A DNA stretch of 64,000 bases, from positions 1 through 64,000 of the IMG/VR virus record IMGVR_UViG_3300030106_005394. One strand, given 5' to 3'. Under the pieces are notes generated by a model. That model was not told where the DNA came from, searched no databases, and worked only from the letters and a program-made list of their open reading frames with translations. Below are positions 56,301-62,186 of the stretch, piece by piece. The position numbers and the translations under genes were made by a program. The DNA is from a virus. Position 1 is the stretch's first letter, and every line of letters starts with the position of its first letter.

Positions 56301-58481
56301 GGCAGGATGAATATGGTGTCCGAGAAGCCTCAAATGAGGATTAGCGGAAAGGTTCGTAGACGTGCAGAAGCTATACTCAAGGGTCAGGGTATAACAAACC
56401 CGAAGCAAAAGTTTGAGGAACTAAGGTCTGCCGCAGTCCAAGAGGGTCAAGCGAGAAAAGCTTTCGAGATGATGGAGCTTTACTTTGGCGGCAAAGATGG
56501 CCCTTACCAAGATGTTAGGTTCCTTACAGAAATGCTTGGCTTCCATGCGTTCATGCTATTGTCGCAACCAAAGTCCTCAATGCTTAACTTCCTGTCCATA
56601 CCTGATATATTTGTTTTCTCTAGGGGACTCAATAAGATGGGACTAAAGGGAACCGCAAAGGCATTAGGCAATGTGCTGGATCAAGGCTTTGGTGGAATGC
56701 TTGAGTCAATGGGTATACAGTATAAAAGGGCTCATGACTACGCAAAGGATACTGGAGAGATGTTCTTTCACTTTAAGGAACACGAAGCTCCATTTAGGGA
56801 TCAAATTAACCTAGTTGGGCTAAGAGGAACAGGTAAGGCATCCTTTACGGATAGGAGTATATCTGGGGGGCTAGGGCCGATTCCGGGTGTCAAAGGATTA
56901 TCTGCTATAGGCAGGGCACAGGCCGCTGGAGTGCGAGACCCAAGTAGACAGCCTCTATCGCTTAGGACGATGATTCCGGGCATAGGAGATCCATTTGGCT
57001 ATACAGCTAGAGTTTCCAACCACAGTATTGCTTTCGGGCTATCGTCGGTATACCACGATCTAGTCCTTGAGGCGTCTAAGTACATAAAAGCCAACAACCT
57101 AAAGCATGGTGATGAGATAACTGCCGAGGATCTAGGTTACGGAAAGGGCGTTGGAGGGATAGGATTCGGTAAGGCGACCCTAGATAACCTTGTTTTTGGA
57201 GGAGTAGAGGGCTGGAATAATTACAACGTAAAGCTAATTGACTCTGGCATTGGAAGTATAGCAGACCTTGCTCACGACTATTTGGCTAGAAAGAAGAACG
57301 GAGATAATCGGGTATTATCTAAGGATGCTGTTTTAGGTATAGGAACAATTGGCCTGAATGAGGTATCTCTTGATGGGTTCCTTGCTCGAGCACCTTGGCT
57401 ATACACGTCCCTGCCGGGCCGTGTAGCCGCTCCATTATTGGGTTGGTCACTTGGCAGGATCAATCAAGTTAATGAGTTTATGCGCACGAAGGACGGGAAG
57501 CTTTCGGGAATGCTACTCATTAAGTACATGGCCCTCATGTCTGGAAGCATGATCCCAGCAGGCCTATTCCTGTCCTTGACGCAGGATATCTGGGATGAAG
57601 ACATAACAGGTAAGCCATCTGCCTTAGGTTCCATAGCGCCTACTCAGGCCATACCATTCGTAGGTATGTTCATAAACAAAGACGATCCTAAGTATAGCAT
57701 CATGGCCGCAATCGAAAGGGCTGGAAGAACCTCCTCCCCTTATGGGTTGGTGTATGATGCTATCGCTCAAACCATATCATTTGCAGATCCACACTCTCCA
57801 GCTAGAGGATTCTCCCTAGATAGTAGAATACTTATATTCTCTCAATTGAGTGGATTTATGAACATACTCAGAAATGTTGCGTCTACAGGCCTAGAAGGAT
57901 TAACGGATTATGGGACATTCACTAGACCGCTACTTTACAACATGGGAGGCAATGCCTACTTCCATTACCATCAAGCGTTTACAAATCTCATGGGCTCTGA
58001 CTCTCAGGAGCGCAGGATGGCAGACATAATAGGTATTAAGAATACCTTACGTAAAGGGGCTAAGGCTACTGGTCTTCCGCTACGCACAGCCATGAAGTTT
58101 GGTGCTGCACCCACTCGACTCTCCATGTACATAAAGCAGATGGAGAGAGCGGCTATTGCAAATGACACAGACGCATTTAGGAATTCATATATTAGTGCGG
58201 TGGCCGTTGCCCGAGCCGATGGCAAACCTAACCCAGAGAAGTATGTTATTTCATCATTTAAGGACAGGGACTTACGCAGGTCTGTTACGGCTAGAAAAAT
58301 ACAAGATGAGGACTGGTCGAGACTACTCAATGAAATAGACCCTGAGATGAGAAGGAAGATATTGCAGTTTGAGGCTTCCAAGCAGAGGTATATTGAGCTA
58401 CTAAGTCCACAAGTAGAAGCCTACAAGCAACCTAGAAGAAAGAGCTTAGCGCAACTCAGGAGAGAAGCATTAGGCTTATAA
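41382..58481 (+). CDS. Giant (5699 aa) internal virion / polyvalent protein
   Basis: Uninterrupted 17.1 kb ORF; EGGTEGFQE N-terminal motif, LysM-like segments, two HExxH motifs. Confidence 0.85.
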   Translation: MSDTYGQTNPYTQRYRVQLKAQGVDTSQLSDDTLTFRLGKRLESEGKSLSKVGGDAFQKQYLDIKNRPAPDMQGPLALPKELYRAGRMSTIGMAGSGLSALGLVADQIPVVGDDLNAWMQEKANALRAESSRYTPTITRPTDIRWNKPDEAMRGAASIAGQAFPSLVQGLVAARTGAVGSKALAKTLSKRIPEGKKVTKRVKGTYVQRDAREDFIEKMEMGGMYAATALNSIGMNAGEIYSSLYDSTLLPESDPEYVDPVDARNASMVGGVISGSADFVLPSMIMSKFLRNTGPKGKHYWSRFVQSLPRNITLEGGTEGFQELVNMMSEKYAKGEPMDWKHMTSSERMRLVDAGILGAAGGAQATLIEALAQPEERPLSSVMAKELEARVKQGKIDQQRRLELADARETSRIGRIFKKGEAILDTSTGKIGTYNRRLSEDFIEIEADGQSQTVPIYRAVKAVPENQQSQFETGDYVTFSDIDVPEQGGIITSISGNRASIDGIDFDVELSKLNKVASKRENEQDRALQNLSKRTRSGNIAAATVNKILNSGLTIDQLKGTTAEGKDFEVVEQGGKYKYNLSSKKAKPVDVKVDPPTAEVQVPQSDINAYVTYATDFINKLKEKPNADLTGDYIYNITRKSFMNKYMKDKGVDAQVANNIWQQSNSNGIAWNLRERGILKGIRVSGETAGERLIADTKEKLGDIRKEYNLKKGVIAYNGNLGVTGRLNESNGRVEVHYISDAIIQTRQVDVGDIEKIKSTGDKASIKRLGFALQQQGIESYREHMDEILRLQGRTDKDIESKKEDVTRSIEEEGNRQAWLSYVSSLESKISEDETKQRNGKGFTDPAGNPNDFGRHYFAKQNISDLEDLYNGTLLNLGIYGDGSNKEYIDALAYYNIPARFNASDIKKVADVKPYYNMARRRFKYHLSKTQKEWESFLIDQYKADKSDKERRARESEAKNEKENERRKKLSQATKNNTPLPPDFEYSNEIVGRIEREHFSGVREGQEDALAIIDSIRSFLYNDGRFSFSEEQPALTGDKMRLYQAFDAHIRKNRGVWTPLVEGHWYKEPHWEKFINYARQEPSMRVKGLVWEDGDQAFPRKQNASLRAEINRWGSFYASWEGTYRDAVSTALGETLPKKLNVEQALLHMDEDFSNYIGENTDSALIQDILTGGEVEGVFTGLFDKLISVSSDAKTDWDTIANLSGGQQYPKLRFLKRPTKYGSHKVASINEDEFAELLAATQFDGANTMVNAWGNAIDITVTKQYKQNTSFKNYVVTDKAWGSEDRYWLEVRRDGGYYYVLLDSGSNDLRNSKRGIDFTEEQHSTSVQPETDTIEESFDEFKSYIGTLIESSIEGLDDYDILNLAAEDIIKNHKDKIPSILKRAKAPKVYDDSDGYEVLPYFVKLLEQAEQQGNLLELAKEQAKNVTEEQRQDALFSEFYKEAGDRISELEDEQAGDIPPDIGLAIMGEERRGIRELSKEWAEWFGRSAYRYLQMSVLRAARSGISLTRVFEEWYTSLIKYISTLTNTNGPVPTDTKARLMKVTNSELFSELLDELSKDKDFLSELTPQQQRNLKDIIKYGDSFGYMTKDSVVDYFDVIEDHMLTRIRVEALISDGDINNDLISQLQDQIGPVSLAEKIRQLQVAEGTGTEEIALHTALVGAENIYSKYNEAISKYDSVEDWTGTEDYRKLRAELQDSLYDKYKSGKGVNPIAELKDIKIPFGQADMFGANEFDPINAFQYEDIDWFNRLDNMDTPEFDWASILGATSYNRYRIERGDTLKGIVNMIAEQSGGDRDKIRDAIIESTNDDLNWIPDPLRSLNDAERMTYNALKAHRTFLESKVRDLGSSLELDEALKKVNKQMDDLTINAEKHNPQTRVEDFDGKAWHEQDIIGSGDNIGRFIIIPSRGGFGQALLDDIKAAEDARRIAIEFSGNEQKAFEALIAEEKAKEAKANLPSPEVQKSVAITVRSLSDENGQLSISDEDKYVNAEATAQKIDSVYAQSQMQAAMQKSTGAGKRAKGPYKKFFGFYSKSTASGLGSYFMVGTYQGKNKRVSIGSDNLPIVKKRPDGEPVINLTGKTFKEVRIQNKSTQQRSAGTYVIYRDNKGNAHFYNSNLFESYAPIMIRPDAFGLDRREGMTLGQFLVEHGDKFSLDGETITFRNPPMLADNQPRVSFKFSSYEDFLNAKNLAYGNVASVAASTGEKTLTGDRKTIKVLRSERNRLAEKIESFDVGDPDKLVNQYKFSHKAKSDELHKIEARSNPLMTGPEQDLDSFNENQRKNYTDDTVATVGQHASKIIKIGERSFQVTDTGVIDATTGLGVDSSKNFIVETLRPSRDIMIELVELSAELSYAGDPTNLYELKPDEIQNKFDRIVELEQKWKDLYSKNENLRYIIEQIGVPKDLGYSFGSRLYSVSQKMTGESQMENTRALEPEVARYIIESLFGRTRLLVPSKYELSIEMTRDIHKRLIKDNPLLSFLDRYIVDLSLKQSIRNVKRGDGKADEFIMDSGVTPVENAIMNDQRVVEVREGTTLADIAKAEGIETWDLVRLNGLIESEALTLRGEFSQQQKKIDVENAEAKFAEKLSRIKGTYPDYEVIILPNIEDSTVEVSRTSDREDTGYSDEDVDISDPDISGDRLGYSNTERMREYLKEEDTGRESEVIEVERRQIKDRSVELSRSLQGEYIDLGEELSELERQGFTTGSIAGKNQTRSNNIRARMREILVTIDRARRKSYWYTIRQNIYGSRIAGSSIELVTPESQALQEARAEQGIVQSQIKLERIEQGISQQSSDLQELRENIKKLGEETITVNTADFDRYANEPADATFVIKRDKHVTFTLEQGKALSELKGKLFNDLSKLGHYYKQIEIFVEAEIEASGLSAARAKRSATISKLRNLMVEKEAAMMESKAWTQVVNITKDPEDAANRVSDLGSTKQALLDYVDEEISTIEEQYTSPIDGTSIKVDMGSLSPSAASEIITSLGNVVLAGSSEGQLSEIKNNAEVIGEVSIKIDDMPESLQVELKSALEAYGTNDPRIAEKLMSISKNPVVLEYALGLFRGNRWQRSDDSSTYSVSSRNPWTSAAGTTQVFDSRKNFNTQSLRNFIHNGMGPMGGRKGYSQQFLQYVFRQFFTDINYISSEGDTTVFSQATADTIIKEAPLRGSTKEQLLEIKRRNEQQWAQVVGRLMAGGLGPTYLWDPSSIPSYVPDRPSINREDIDRGEFGFLGLDPNRLNAAISNNEDISKLKPDAELIYEQYQKALESRKITYREIDEADLAGLTPTQREEFINAERVSAIEAILDIGKNEPSNRTIGSLAMVLDNAVLASKTPEMLEAYIQDVLDKGGDIHQHWSRLILQDPDGVVSDQEGYRVGGSQGTREYSTPREFVDALYQKAADIVSDITEAVGGVGVNRNLVAEALRGQTDHSPTNEYKSATEPDEKIDPDAHIFHSAEPLEGQLDFDGQPMTGPVLTSSDKAERHNASVYAKTPSRIPVAPPIQETMVEDNNRAVDILLDNNLNSEYAGKLLHRVAARGNVDEFTKEIADRLRNAPALRSLPINFEQWATFKHKAYTKSGAFGKAYYNATTKSVHISKDAFRIRGADVDAQLDYIIVHEIFHNVLRDALTQKAQIRINDITEYRVAYLEDEANELFNEIKKIDIPAEFAHQVSSMEEFLNASWSDKRFSEWLSSQSPKSASGSKFKNFLDWLLDIFSRVISKITQRQDKREDRKSLSRIHERVKALTEALVPFQPPEGLAGKVFRSRGRHDQIARSISFSGYELDGNNIRALRSSLISDYVSDFKAAEVENPFEDYEKELDRLKKEVIEEEGGLNDDYLLTLKERAAKAVGQSLRRGQPVRHLYETHSFGRYKTVGVLFDEIYKSAKSRLPADSANIKLLKALDKALNWDVSNAQPIREAKLVPIEDRMGSSRRGRVGLKSDASVGTFIHELIHQFTQPEIRALERAHLNEHANYIEFARAIAESDSGSSASKVAQMYIKVIDSLPRDMRHTLVAGETYNLGKPMRRLNWRGLIGKDVSSGIAYGLSSLHEFYTQSLTDSDFQSLLADIFVDRSSTVLTELQDAFANRFNTIADTMLDLVLASEAYAPSYALPEEGKAMDLSDRRDITEQYLDSLPVERDSDDDVLLFSSEPNPDVTITPDENVAHQMLQELGGANTVLKEMEVVLSELAEEGYVPSTKEGEEPLAAFVREYGIVEGKPITYHINKLSKYAEAIGEDPKNVGLGWGGNDVNFKMQSAQLAIKYLEIIRKKARDQAESSATSIDNLETEIEELKKLLDPKQAFETSRNGRTLKGKFTTTINGKIKKLKATNTDQSLALAEELESIKGATSTQRVVDTLIHVVDRDVDIKGPVEDISSAIYDLTNDRNYSDVMAEVIQSSPTSFAFMQISRGTLPNQQELVDEISNYANYSRIKLEMEVPKLTGDDFETKIKRQFAERWRDLRLKEADIEYERSVNSVGREINNRLFPLRQKLGVILGDMEPFSLSDGVTMIHMKQTGEGNWTSGTYVIRLGNDMSPADLDEYNQVVGDNLKFLRDKSNDRYKDEPFYDIVKTQTNEAAKAPTMKEWHESRRASYFSVVQSLSQQFANMGLLGKTMSQMLNQVVTLHKAHDSYFKNQSFKWNRKLKDAAKALGYNDWQKLIEGPYTDALNWLDNHPELIGKGDVAYERMWEYLKTSGTFANPEKATLLGKKAFIAFMKETNTSREMLRDLSLSIGNKVKAVHKGDNIMVQSPVTGEMVPLYRDPIDVGPVTVARRINKSLIATVEVLSRAGWGDIKPPEEGEDIGLYLSRYFTPQVVERFVAPYATMNTMTEAFKLKGQMIPQSVIRSAWMKTSGEGTDRFIEWAQNLSTTLGMELEDTTKQLFSQLQGFHSEMVRVKDSADNKETFRITDSVAHKIMDGRDIRTVMPKEFWQYDTFDEMGFNIQLANVITNAVMGRGGERRRGVHNGLMDQLRIKKKAFAELISQAGGRMNMVSEKPQMRISGKVRRRAEAILKGQGITNPKQKFEELRSAAVQEGQARKAFEMMELYFGGKDGPYQDVRFLTEMLGFHAFMLLSQPKSSMLNFLSIPDIFVFSRGLNKMGLKGTAKALGNVLDQGFGGMLESMGIQYKRAHDYAKDTGEMFFHFKEHEAPFRDQINLVGLRGTGKASFTDRSISGGLGPIPGVKGLSAIGRAQAAGVRDPSRQPLSLRTMIPGIGDPFGYTARVSNHSIAFGLSSVYHDLVLEASKYIKANNLKHGDEITAEDLGYGKGVGGIGFGKATLDNLVFGGVEGWNNYNVKLIDSGIGSIADLAHDYLARKKNGDNRVLSKDAVLGIGTIGLNEVSLDGFLARAPWLYTSLPGRVAAPLLGWSLGRINQVNEFMRTKDGKLSGMLLIKYMALMSGSMIPAGLFLSLTQDIWDEDITGKPSALGSIAPTQAIPFVGMFINKDDPKYSIMAAIERAGRTSSPYGLVYDAIAQTISFADPHSPARGFSLDSRILIFSQLSGFMNILRNVASTGLEGLTDYGTFTRPLLYNMGGNAYFHYHQAFTNLMGSDSQERRMADIIGIKNTLRKGAKATGLPLRTAMKFGAAPTRLSMYIKQMERAAIANDTDAFRNSYISAVAVARADGKPNPEKYVISSFKDRDLRRSVTARKIQDEDWSRLLNEIDPEMRRKILQFEASKQRYIELLSPQVEAYKQPRRKSLAQLRREALGL

Positions 58482-58484
58482 GGT

Positions 58485-58907
58485 GTGGACTCAAAAAGAT
58501 TCGGCACCACATGCGAGGTTGCCTTCAAGCTTCATGCATTAAAGAGGAACCTAGAGGTCTTTCCTTCCGAGGGAGACTTTAGTGTTGTTGACTGCATTAT
58601 AATGAACCCAGCAGGTAAGTGCTATAGGGTTCAGATAAAAGGGACAAGCACTATCACTAGCGATGGGATAGATAGACCAAAGCCCAAAAATAAGTATCGA
58701 GTAGTCTGTGGTAGAGGTACGGCAAAAGAATCCTTGAAGGCAACTGAGGTTGATGTGCTTGCATGCTACATAGAGCCTAGGGACGTGTGGTATCTTATTC
58801 CCATGACCAAAGCCCACGGCAAGAAGTCATTTGCGTTTTTTGTCAAAGAAGATAGTAAGTCTCAATGGTCTCCATTTAGAGACAACTGGGATATTTTCTT
58901 GAAGTAG
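58485..58907 (+). CDS. PD-(D/E)XK endonuclease of the group I intron-associated family (free-standing)
   Basis: G...E..F, VDCI, YRVQIK, DVLACY, WYLIP. Confidence 0.85.
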   Translation: MDSKRFGTTCEVAFKLHALKRNLEVFPSEGDFSVVDCIIMNPAGKCYRVQIKGTSTITSDGIDRPKPKNKYRVVCGRGTAKESLKATEVDVLACYIEPRDVWYLIPMTKAHGKKSFAFFVKEDSKSQWSPFRDNWDIFLK

Positions 58908-58932
58908 ATTGATCGAAGTATATATTTATAAT
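58899..58932 (+). promoter_or_regulatory. Putative sigma70 promoter
   Basis: TTGAAG-N16-TATATT with adjacent TATAAT before ATG 58934. Confidence 0.45.
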
Positions 58933-58933
58933 T

Positions 58934-59230
58934 ATGCCAGCCAAGAAGAAGAGTAGGAGAAATACCTTAGCCAAGGGTGCATCGTCAGCAAAGAAGCTGG
59001 CCTATCAGCGTAAGTACAATAAGAGTACAAAGGAGAAGCGTAGGCGGGCAAAGCTCAACAAGGCAAACCGAAAAGCAGGTACATACGGAAATAAGGACAA
59101 GAAGGACGTATCGCACACCAAGGGAGGCGGGTATGTCATGGAGTCCGAGAAGAAGAACAGAGGTCGGCGTGGCAAGAAGTCCGTCAAGAGGTCACGCAAG
59201 CTACCAACTATCAAGCACAAGAAGAAGTGA
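58934..59230 (+). CDS. Highly basic small protein (degenerate HNH-like)
   Basis: K/R-rich; KDVSH...NR motif. Confidence 0.75.
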   Translation: MPAKKKSRRNTLAKGASSAKKLAYQRKYNKSTKEKRRRAKLNKANRKAGTYGNKDKKDVSHTKGGGYVMESEKKNRGRRGKKSVKRSRKLPTIKHKKK

Positions 59231-59541
59231 GATACCTACTCCTATTGATACTGCTCTGCGGCTGCAGGACAGGCCAGCAGAACATAGAGAAGAGCACGTT
59301 TTATAACCCAATAGGTGAGGCTCGCCACCATGTATCTAGGGCAGAGCGACATATTGATCGTGCAATTAAAAAGACTCCCTCAGTAGAGCAATTAAATAGG
59401 TCCGAACCATTGAAGTGGTTCGTAATATTAACGAGCATAACTTTAGTCCTCACCTTCGGCGTAACTACCTGCGTGGTTGCTGCGAAGAAGATAATAAGCC
59501 ACATTAAGCTCAAGAAAAATGACAATACCAGAACAGACTGA
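59227..59541 (+). CDS. Lipoprotein with C-terminal TM (u-spanin-like)
   Basis: MRYLLLLILLCGC signal and lipobox; TM WFVILTSITLVLTFGVTTCVVAA; basic tail. Confidence 0.6.
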   Translation: MRYLLLLILLCGCRTGQQNIEKSTFYNPIGEARHHVSRAERHIDRAIKKTPSVEQLNRSEPLKWFVILTSITLVLTFGVTTCVVAAKKIISHIKLKKNDNTRTD

Positions 59542-59704
59542 CGCATTTTACACCGACCTGTATCAGCTGATCTCTAGGTATAGTAATGAGTTTGACTTGC
59601 CACTTGAGACCCTAATTGGTGCAATAGAGATGGTTAAGGCAGACTTAGTGTCGGGTGTAGCTTTCCAAGTGGATTTCGAAATTGATACAGAAGAAGATGA
59701 ATGA
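59519..59704 (+). CDS. Small acidic hypothetical protein
   Basis: 61 aa overlapping ORF. Confidence 0.7.
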   Translation: MTIPEQTDAFYTDLYQLISRYSNEFDLPLETLIGAIEMVKADLVSGVAFQVDFEIDTEEDE

Positions 59705-60020
59705 GGAGCTTTCAGAGAACACACAAGTAAAGGCCAACATGGCCTTCGCAATCAAGGTCATCATGGCCGTTGGTACTGCTGTGTGGGGGTATAGTGTCAT
59801 TGAGCATCGCATAAGCGACACAGAGAATGAGATCGTACGCATGAAGTCGGACGTAGAACAGAACTCAGAGTTCAGGGTCAAATGGCCAAGAGGAGAGCTT
59901 GGAGCATTGCCCGATGATGCAGAACAGAATTTAAGGCTGGGCTATATAGAAGCTCAGATTAAAGTTCACTCAGAGCATATTGATAACCTCAGACATAAAG
60001 ACGATGCCCAAATTAGGTAA
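59697..60020 (+). CDS. Membrane-anchored coiled-coil protein
   Basis: TM AFAIKVIMAVGTAVWGY then coiled coil; WPRGELGALPDDAEQ. Confidence 0.7.
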   Translation: MNEELSENTQVKANMAFAIKVIMAVGTAVWGYSVIEHRISDTENEIVRMKSDVEQNSEFRVKWPRGELGALPDDAEQNLRLGYIEAQIKVHSEHIDNLRHKDDAQIR

Positions 60021-60120
60021 AAAGAAATTCCCATACACAAAAGCAGGTATGAAAGCATACTCAAAAGCTAAGGCTAAAAAAGCCCCAGCCAAAAAGGCTA
60101 AAGCCAAAAAACGCTACTAA
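60004..60120 (+). CDS. 38-aa Lys/Ala-rich miniprotein (not in ORF track)
   Basis: MPKLGKKKFPYTKAGMKAYSKAKAKKAPAKKAKAKKRY. Confidence 0.75.
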   Translation: MPKLGKKKFPYTKAGMKAYSKAKAKKAPAKKAKAKKRY

Positions 60121-60254
60121 TGCCCAAGAAGTCCAAAACCAAAAAGGACTCTTGCTACAAGAAGGTGAAGGCCAGCTACAAGGTGTTCCCTTCTGCATAT
60201 GCAAGTGGTGCCATAGCTAAGTGCCGAAAGCGCAAGGCTAGGAAGAAAAAGTAA
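60120..60254 (+). CDS. 44-aa basic miniprotein (not in ORF track)
   Basis: MPKKSKTKKDSCYKKVKASYKVFPSAYASGAIAKCRKRKARKKK; TAATG coupling at both ends. Confidence 0.8.
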   Translation: MPKKSKTKKDSCYKKVKASYKVFPSAYASGAIAKCRKRKARKKK

Positions 60255-60493
60255 TGGCTGTCCGCAAGACAAAGAAGGGAGCCTCCCTCAGGCGATGGTT
60301 CAAGGAGAAATGGACTGATCAGCATGGGCGGCCCTGCGGGAATAAAAAGACCAAGGGAGTCAAGAAGTGCCGACCCACAAAGAGGGTATCAAAGAAGACT
60401 CCTAAAACATGGAAGCAGGTAGGAAAGAAGAAGAAGGCTTTAGTTGCAGCAAAACGCAAAGTAGGGATGGGTAAGAGAACCAAGAAGGCATGA
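60254..60493 (+). CDS. Basic protein (DUF5872-like)
   Basis: LRRWFKEKWTD...PCG...CRP.KRVS.KTPKT. Confidence 0.8.
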   Translation: MAVRKTKKGASLRRWFKEKWTDQHGRPCGNKKTKGVKKCRPTKRVSKKTPKTWKQVGKKKKALVAAKRKVGMGKRTKKA

Positions 60494-60558
60494 AGCGCAC
60501 CAACAACTACAAGCGCAAGATGAAGCCTTGCTGTCGCAAGTGCGCCAAAAAGAAATGA
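60490..60558 (+). CDS. Possible 22-aa basic Cys-containing peptide
   Basis: MKRTNNYKRKMKPCCRKCAKKK; ATGA overlap; ends before the terminator. Confidence 0.5.
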   Translation: MKRTNNYKRKMKPCCRKCAKKK

Positions 60559-60566
60559 CACTCATC

Positions 60567-60595
60567 AAGGGCGACCCCCGAAGGAGCCGCCCTTT
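60567..60595. terminator. Hairpin terminator between convergent late and early units
   Basis: Minus strand AGGGCGGCUCC-UUCG-GGGGUCGCCCU; short U tails. Confidence 0.75.
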
Positions 60596-60599
60596 ATGA

Positions 60600-60827
60600 T
60601 TAGCTTAGTGCTTTATGTTCGTCAATGTCAGGCAGGATCACATCCAGCCATATCTGAAGACAGGCTTCATTGTCCTCAGGAGCCAGCCTCTGCTTCCATT
60701 CGTTAGTTGTATCCGAGATGGATACCGTATCTTCCTGTAGGTCAGGCAAGCCATTCTCCGCAAGAGGACCAACTTGGCCATCGTTGCGAATGTAGCTACC
60801 TACGGATTTTAGTATTATTAAGTCCAT
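60600..60827 (-). CDS. Hypothetical early protein
   Basis: 75 aa, last gene of the minus-strand operon. Confidence 0.65.
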   Translation of the reverse strand: MDLIILKSVGSYIRNDGQVGPLAENGLPDLQEDTVSISDTTNEWKQRLAPEDNEACLQIWLDVILPDIDEHKALS

Positions 60828-61011
60828 GCTTAACCCAACAGTTTCCTAATGTGTAACCGTACTTACCCTTTCTTATTGGATACTTGGACGGATCTTTGTA
60901 TGTCCAAGTATTATTGTTACCCTTGTGCTGCTCATAGGCAGCAACCAGTGCTTGTTTTGGAGGTAGTGAGTAGCTCAGCTCCTCCATACTATGCCTAACT
61001 ATTGTCGTCAT
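60796..61011 (-). CDS. Hypothetical early protein
   Basis: 71 aa overlapping ORF. Confidence 0.6.
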   Translation of the reverse strand: MTTIVRHSMEELSYSLPPKQALVAAYEQHKGNNNTWTYKDPSKYPIRKGKYGYTLGNCWVKHGLNNTKIRR

Positions 61012-61159
61012 CGTAGTCGATTATGTCATTATCTCGCATCATATCTGCGACTTGATCTTCCGACATATACTTGAGGCATGCCATGATTACGTAGTCTTTG
61101 GTTACTAGTCCTTGATCTAGCATTTCAAGGAGCTTGTTCGTTTGCTTTCTTACGCTCAT
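60995..61159 (-). CDS. 54-aa hypothetical protein (not in ORF track)
   Basis: MSVRKQTNKLLEMLDQGLVTKDYVIMACLKYMSEDQVADMMRDNDIIDYDDDNS; TAATG coupling. Confidence 0.8.
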   Translation of the reverse strand: MSVRKQTNKLLEMLDQGLVTKDYVIMACLKYMSEDQVADMMRDNDIIDYDDDNS

Positions 61160-61491
61160 TAGTTGATCTTGGTAAAGCCTAGGTTATCAATAACGTAGAC
61201 TGATTTATTTCCTTCTTCCTTATCGAGAACTATTATGTCTCCGACTGAAGCGGAGTGCGATAGGTTATCTTCAAATACAATTAAGCCAGCATTCTCAGTC
61301 CAGCTCTCCTCGTATTCATCTGGACAATTGCACCTTGCAAAAACATTGTGCAATTGCTTCTCGTCCTCGTCGCCATCGACATATGGAACTCTAACAGCTC
61401 TCTTGTATTCATCGAAGTGACCCTTCTTTTGCCACAACTCAGCATACTGAGAATGATGCTTAATAAACGCCTCTAACTGGGGTATGTTCAT
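61159..61491 (-). CDS. YodL-like domain protein
   Basis: LHNVFARCN...HSASVGDIIVL...YVIDNLGF. Confidence 0.7.
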   Translation of the reverse strand: MNIPQLEAFIKHHSQYAELWQKKGHFDEYKRAVRVPYVDGDEDEKQLHNVFARCNCPDEYEESWTENAGLIVFEDNLSHSASVGDIIVLDKEEGNKSVYVIDNLGFTKIN

Positions 61492-62186
61492 TCGAATACA
61501 TCCTCCGTTGGGTTTACCTTTGTTGTTCCCTTGCCGTAGCACTCGATCCAGAATCCAACGTGTGCAATGAACTCTCTATTTCGCTGTTCGTGTCGAAGCT
61601 GCCTGAGCTTATCCTTGACATCGTAGCGATCTGAATCGGACTCGGCATCATCAAGTGCCAGCCCTAGATCCTCCCGCTCCTTCTTTATGTCGCTCATACT
61701 TTTGCCTGACACAAACTCACCCCTGTCACTCCATAGCTGATACATAGGCTCATCACTTTCGCCATTGTAGTGTTTCATTAGGGCATGCAGAGGGTAGTCT
61801 GTGTACTCGTGCCTAGTGCCGTTGAGCTTGAAGGGAACATGAACCTTTCGCAGTTGATCTGGGACGCAACAGCCAAGTGCATCTCTGTACTCTCGGAGCG
61901 GATCTATTATGTACTGTTCAATCCACTCCTCGGCGAACTCGCGTGACCATCCATAGTGATGGTGACCATACTCCCCCTCATAGGGGAAGTAATGGTCGTC
62001 TTGCAAAAAGGTTACGGCCGCATCATAGCCAATCCTTCTTGCTTTTTTATCGCCCCACAGATTTAGCATCTGTATTACGACTGATATTAGGTTTAGTTTT
62101 GGTTTTATAACCATTTGTCTTCCTTTGCTTTCTTTTCGATTTCGAGTGTTTCGACACTGTAGTACCTTGCGTTGCACTTGGGGCAA
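61488..62186 (-). CDS. Hypothetical early protein (start probably nearer 62114)
   Basis: Long ORF in the operon. Confidence 0.65.
   Translation of the reverse strand: MPQVQRKVLQCRNTRNRKESKGRQMVIKPKLNLISVVIQMLNLWGDKKARRIGYDAAVTFLQDDHYFPYEGEYGHHHYGWSREFAEEWIEQYIIDPLREYRDALGCCVPDQLRKVHVPFKLNGTRHEYTDYPLHALMKHYNGESDEPMYQLWSDRGEFVSGKSMSDIKKEREDLGLALDDAESDSDRYDVKDKLRQLRHEQRNREFIAHVGFWIECYGKGTTKVNPTEDVFE

Noticed and set aside
58485-58907. Group I intron around the PD-(D/E)XK endonuclease
   Set aside because: The gene sits between intact ORFs with only 3 and 26 nt of flank, leaving no room for an intron core.
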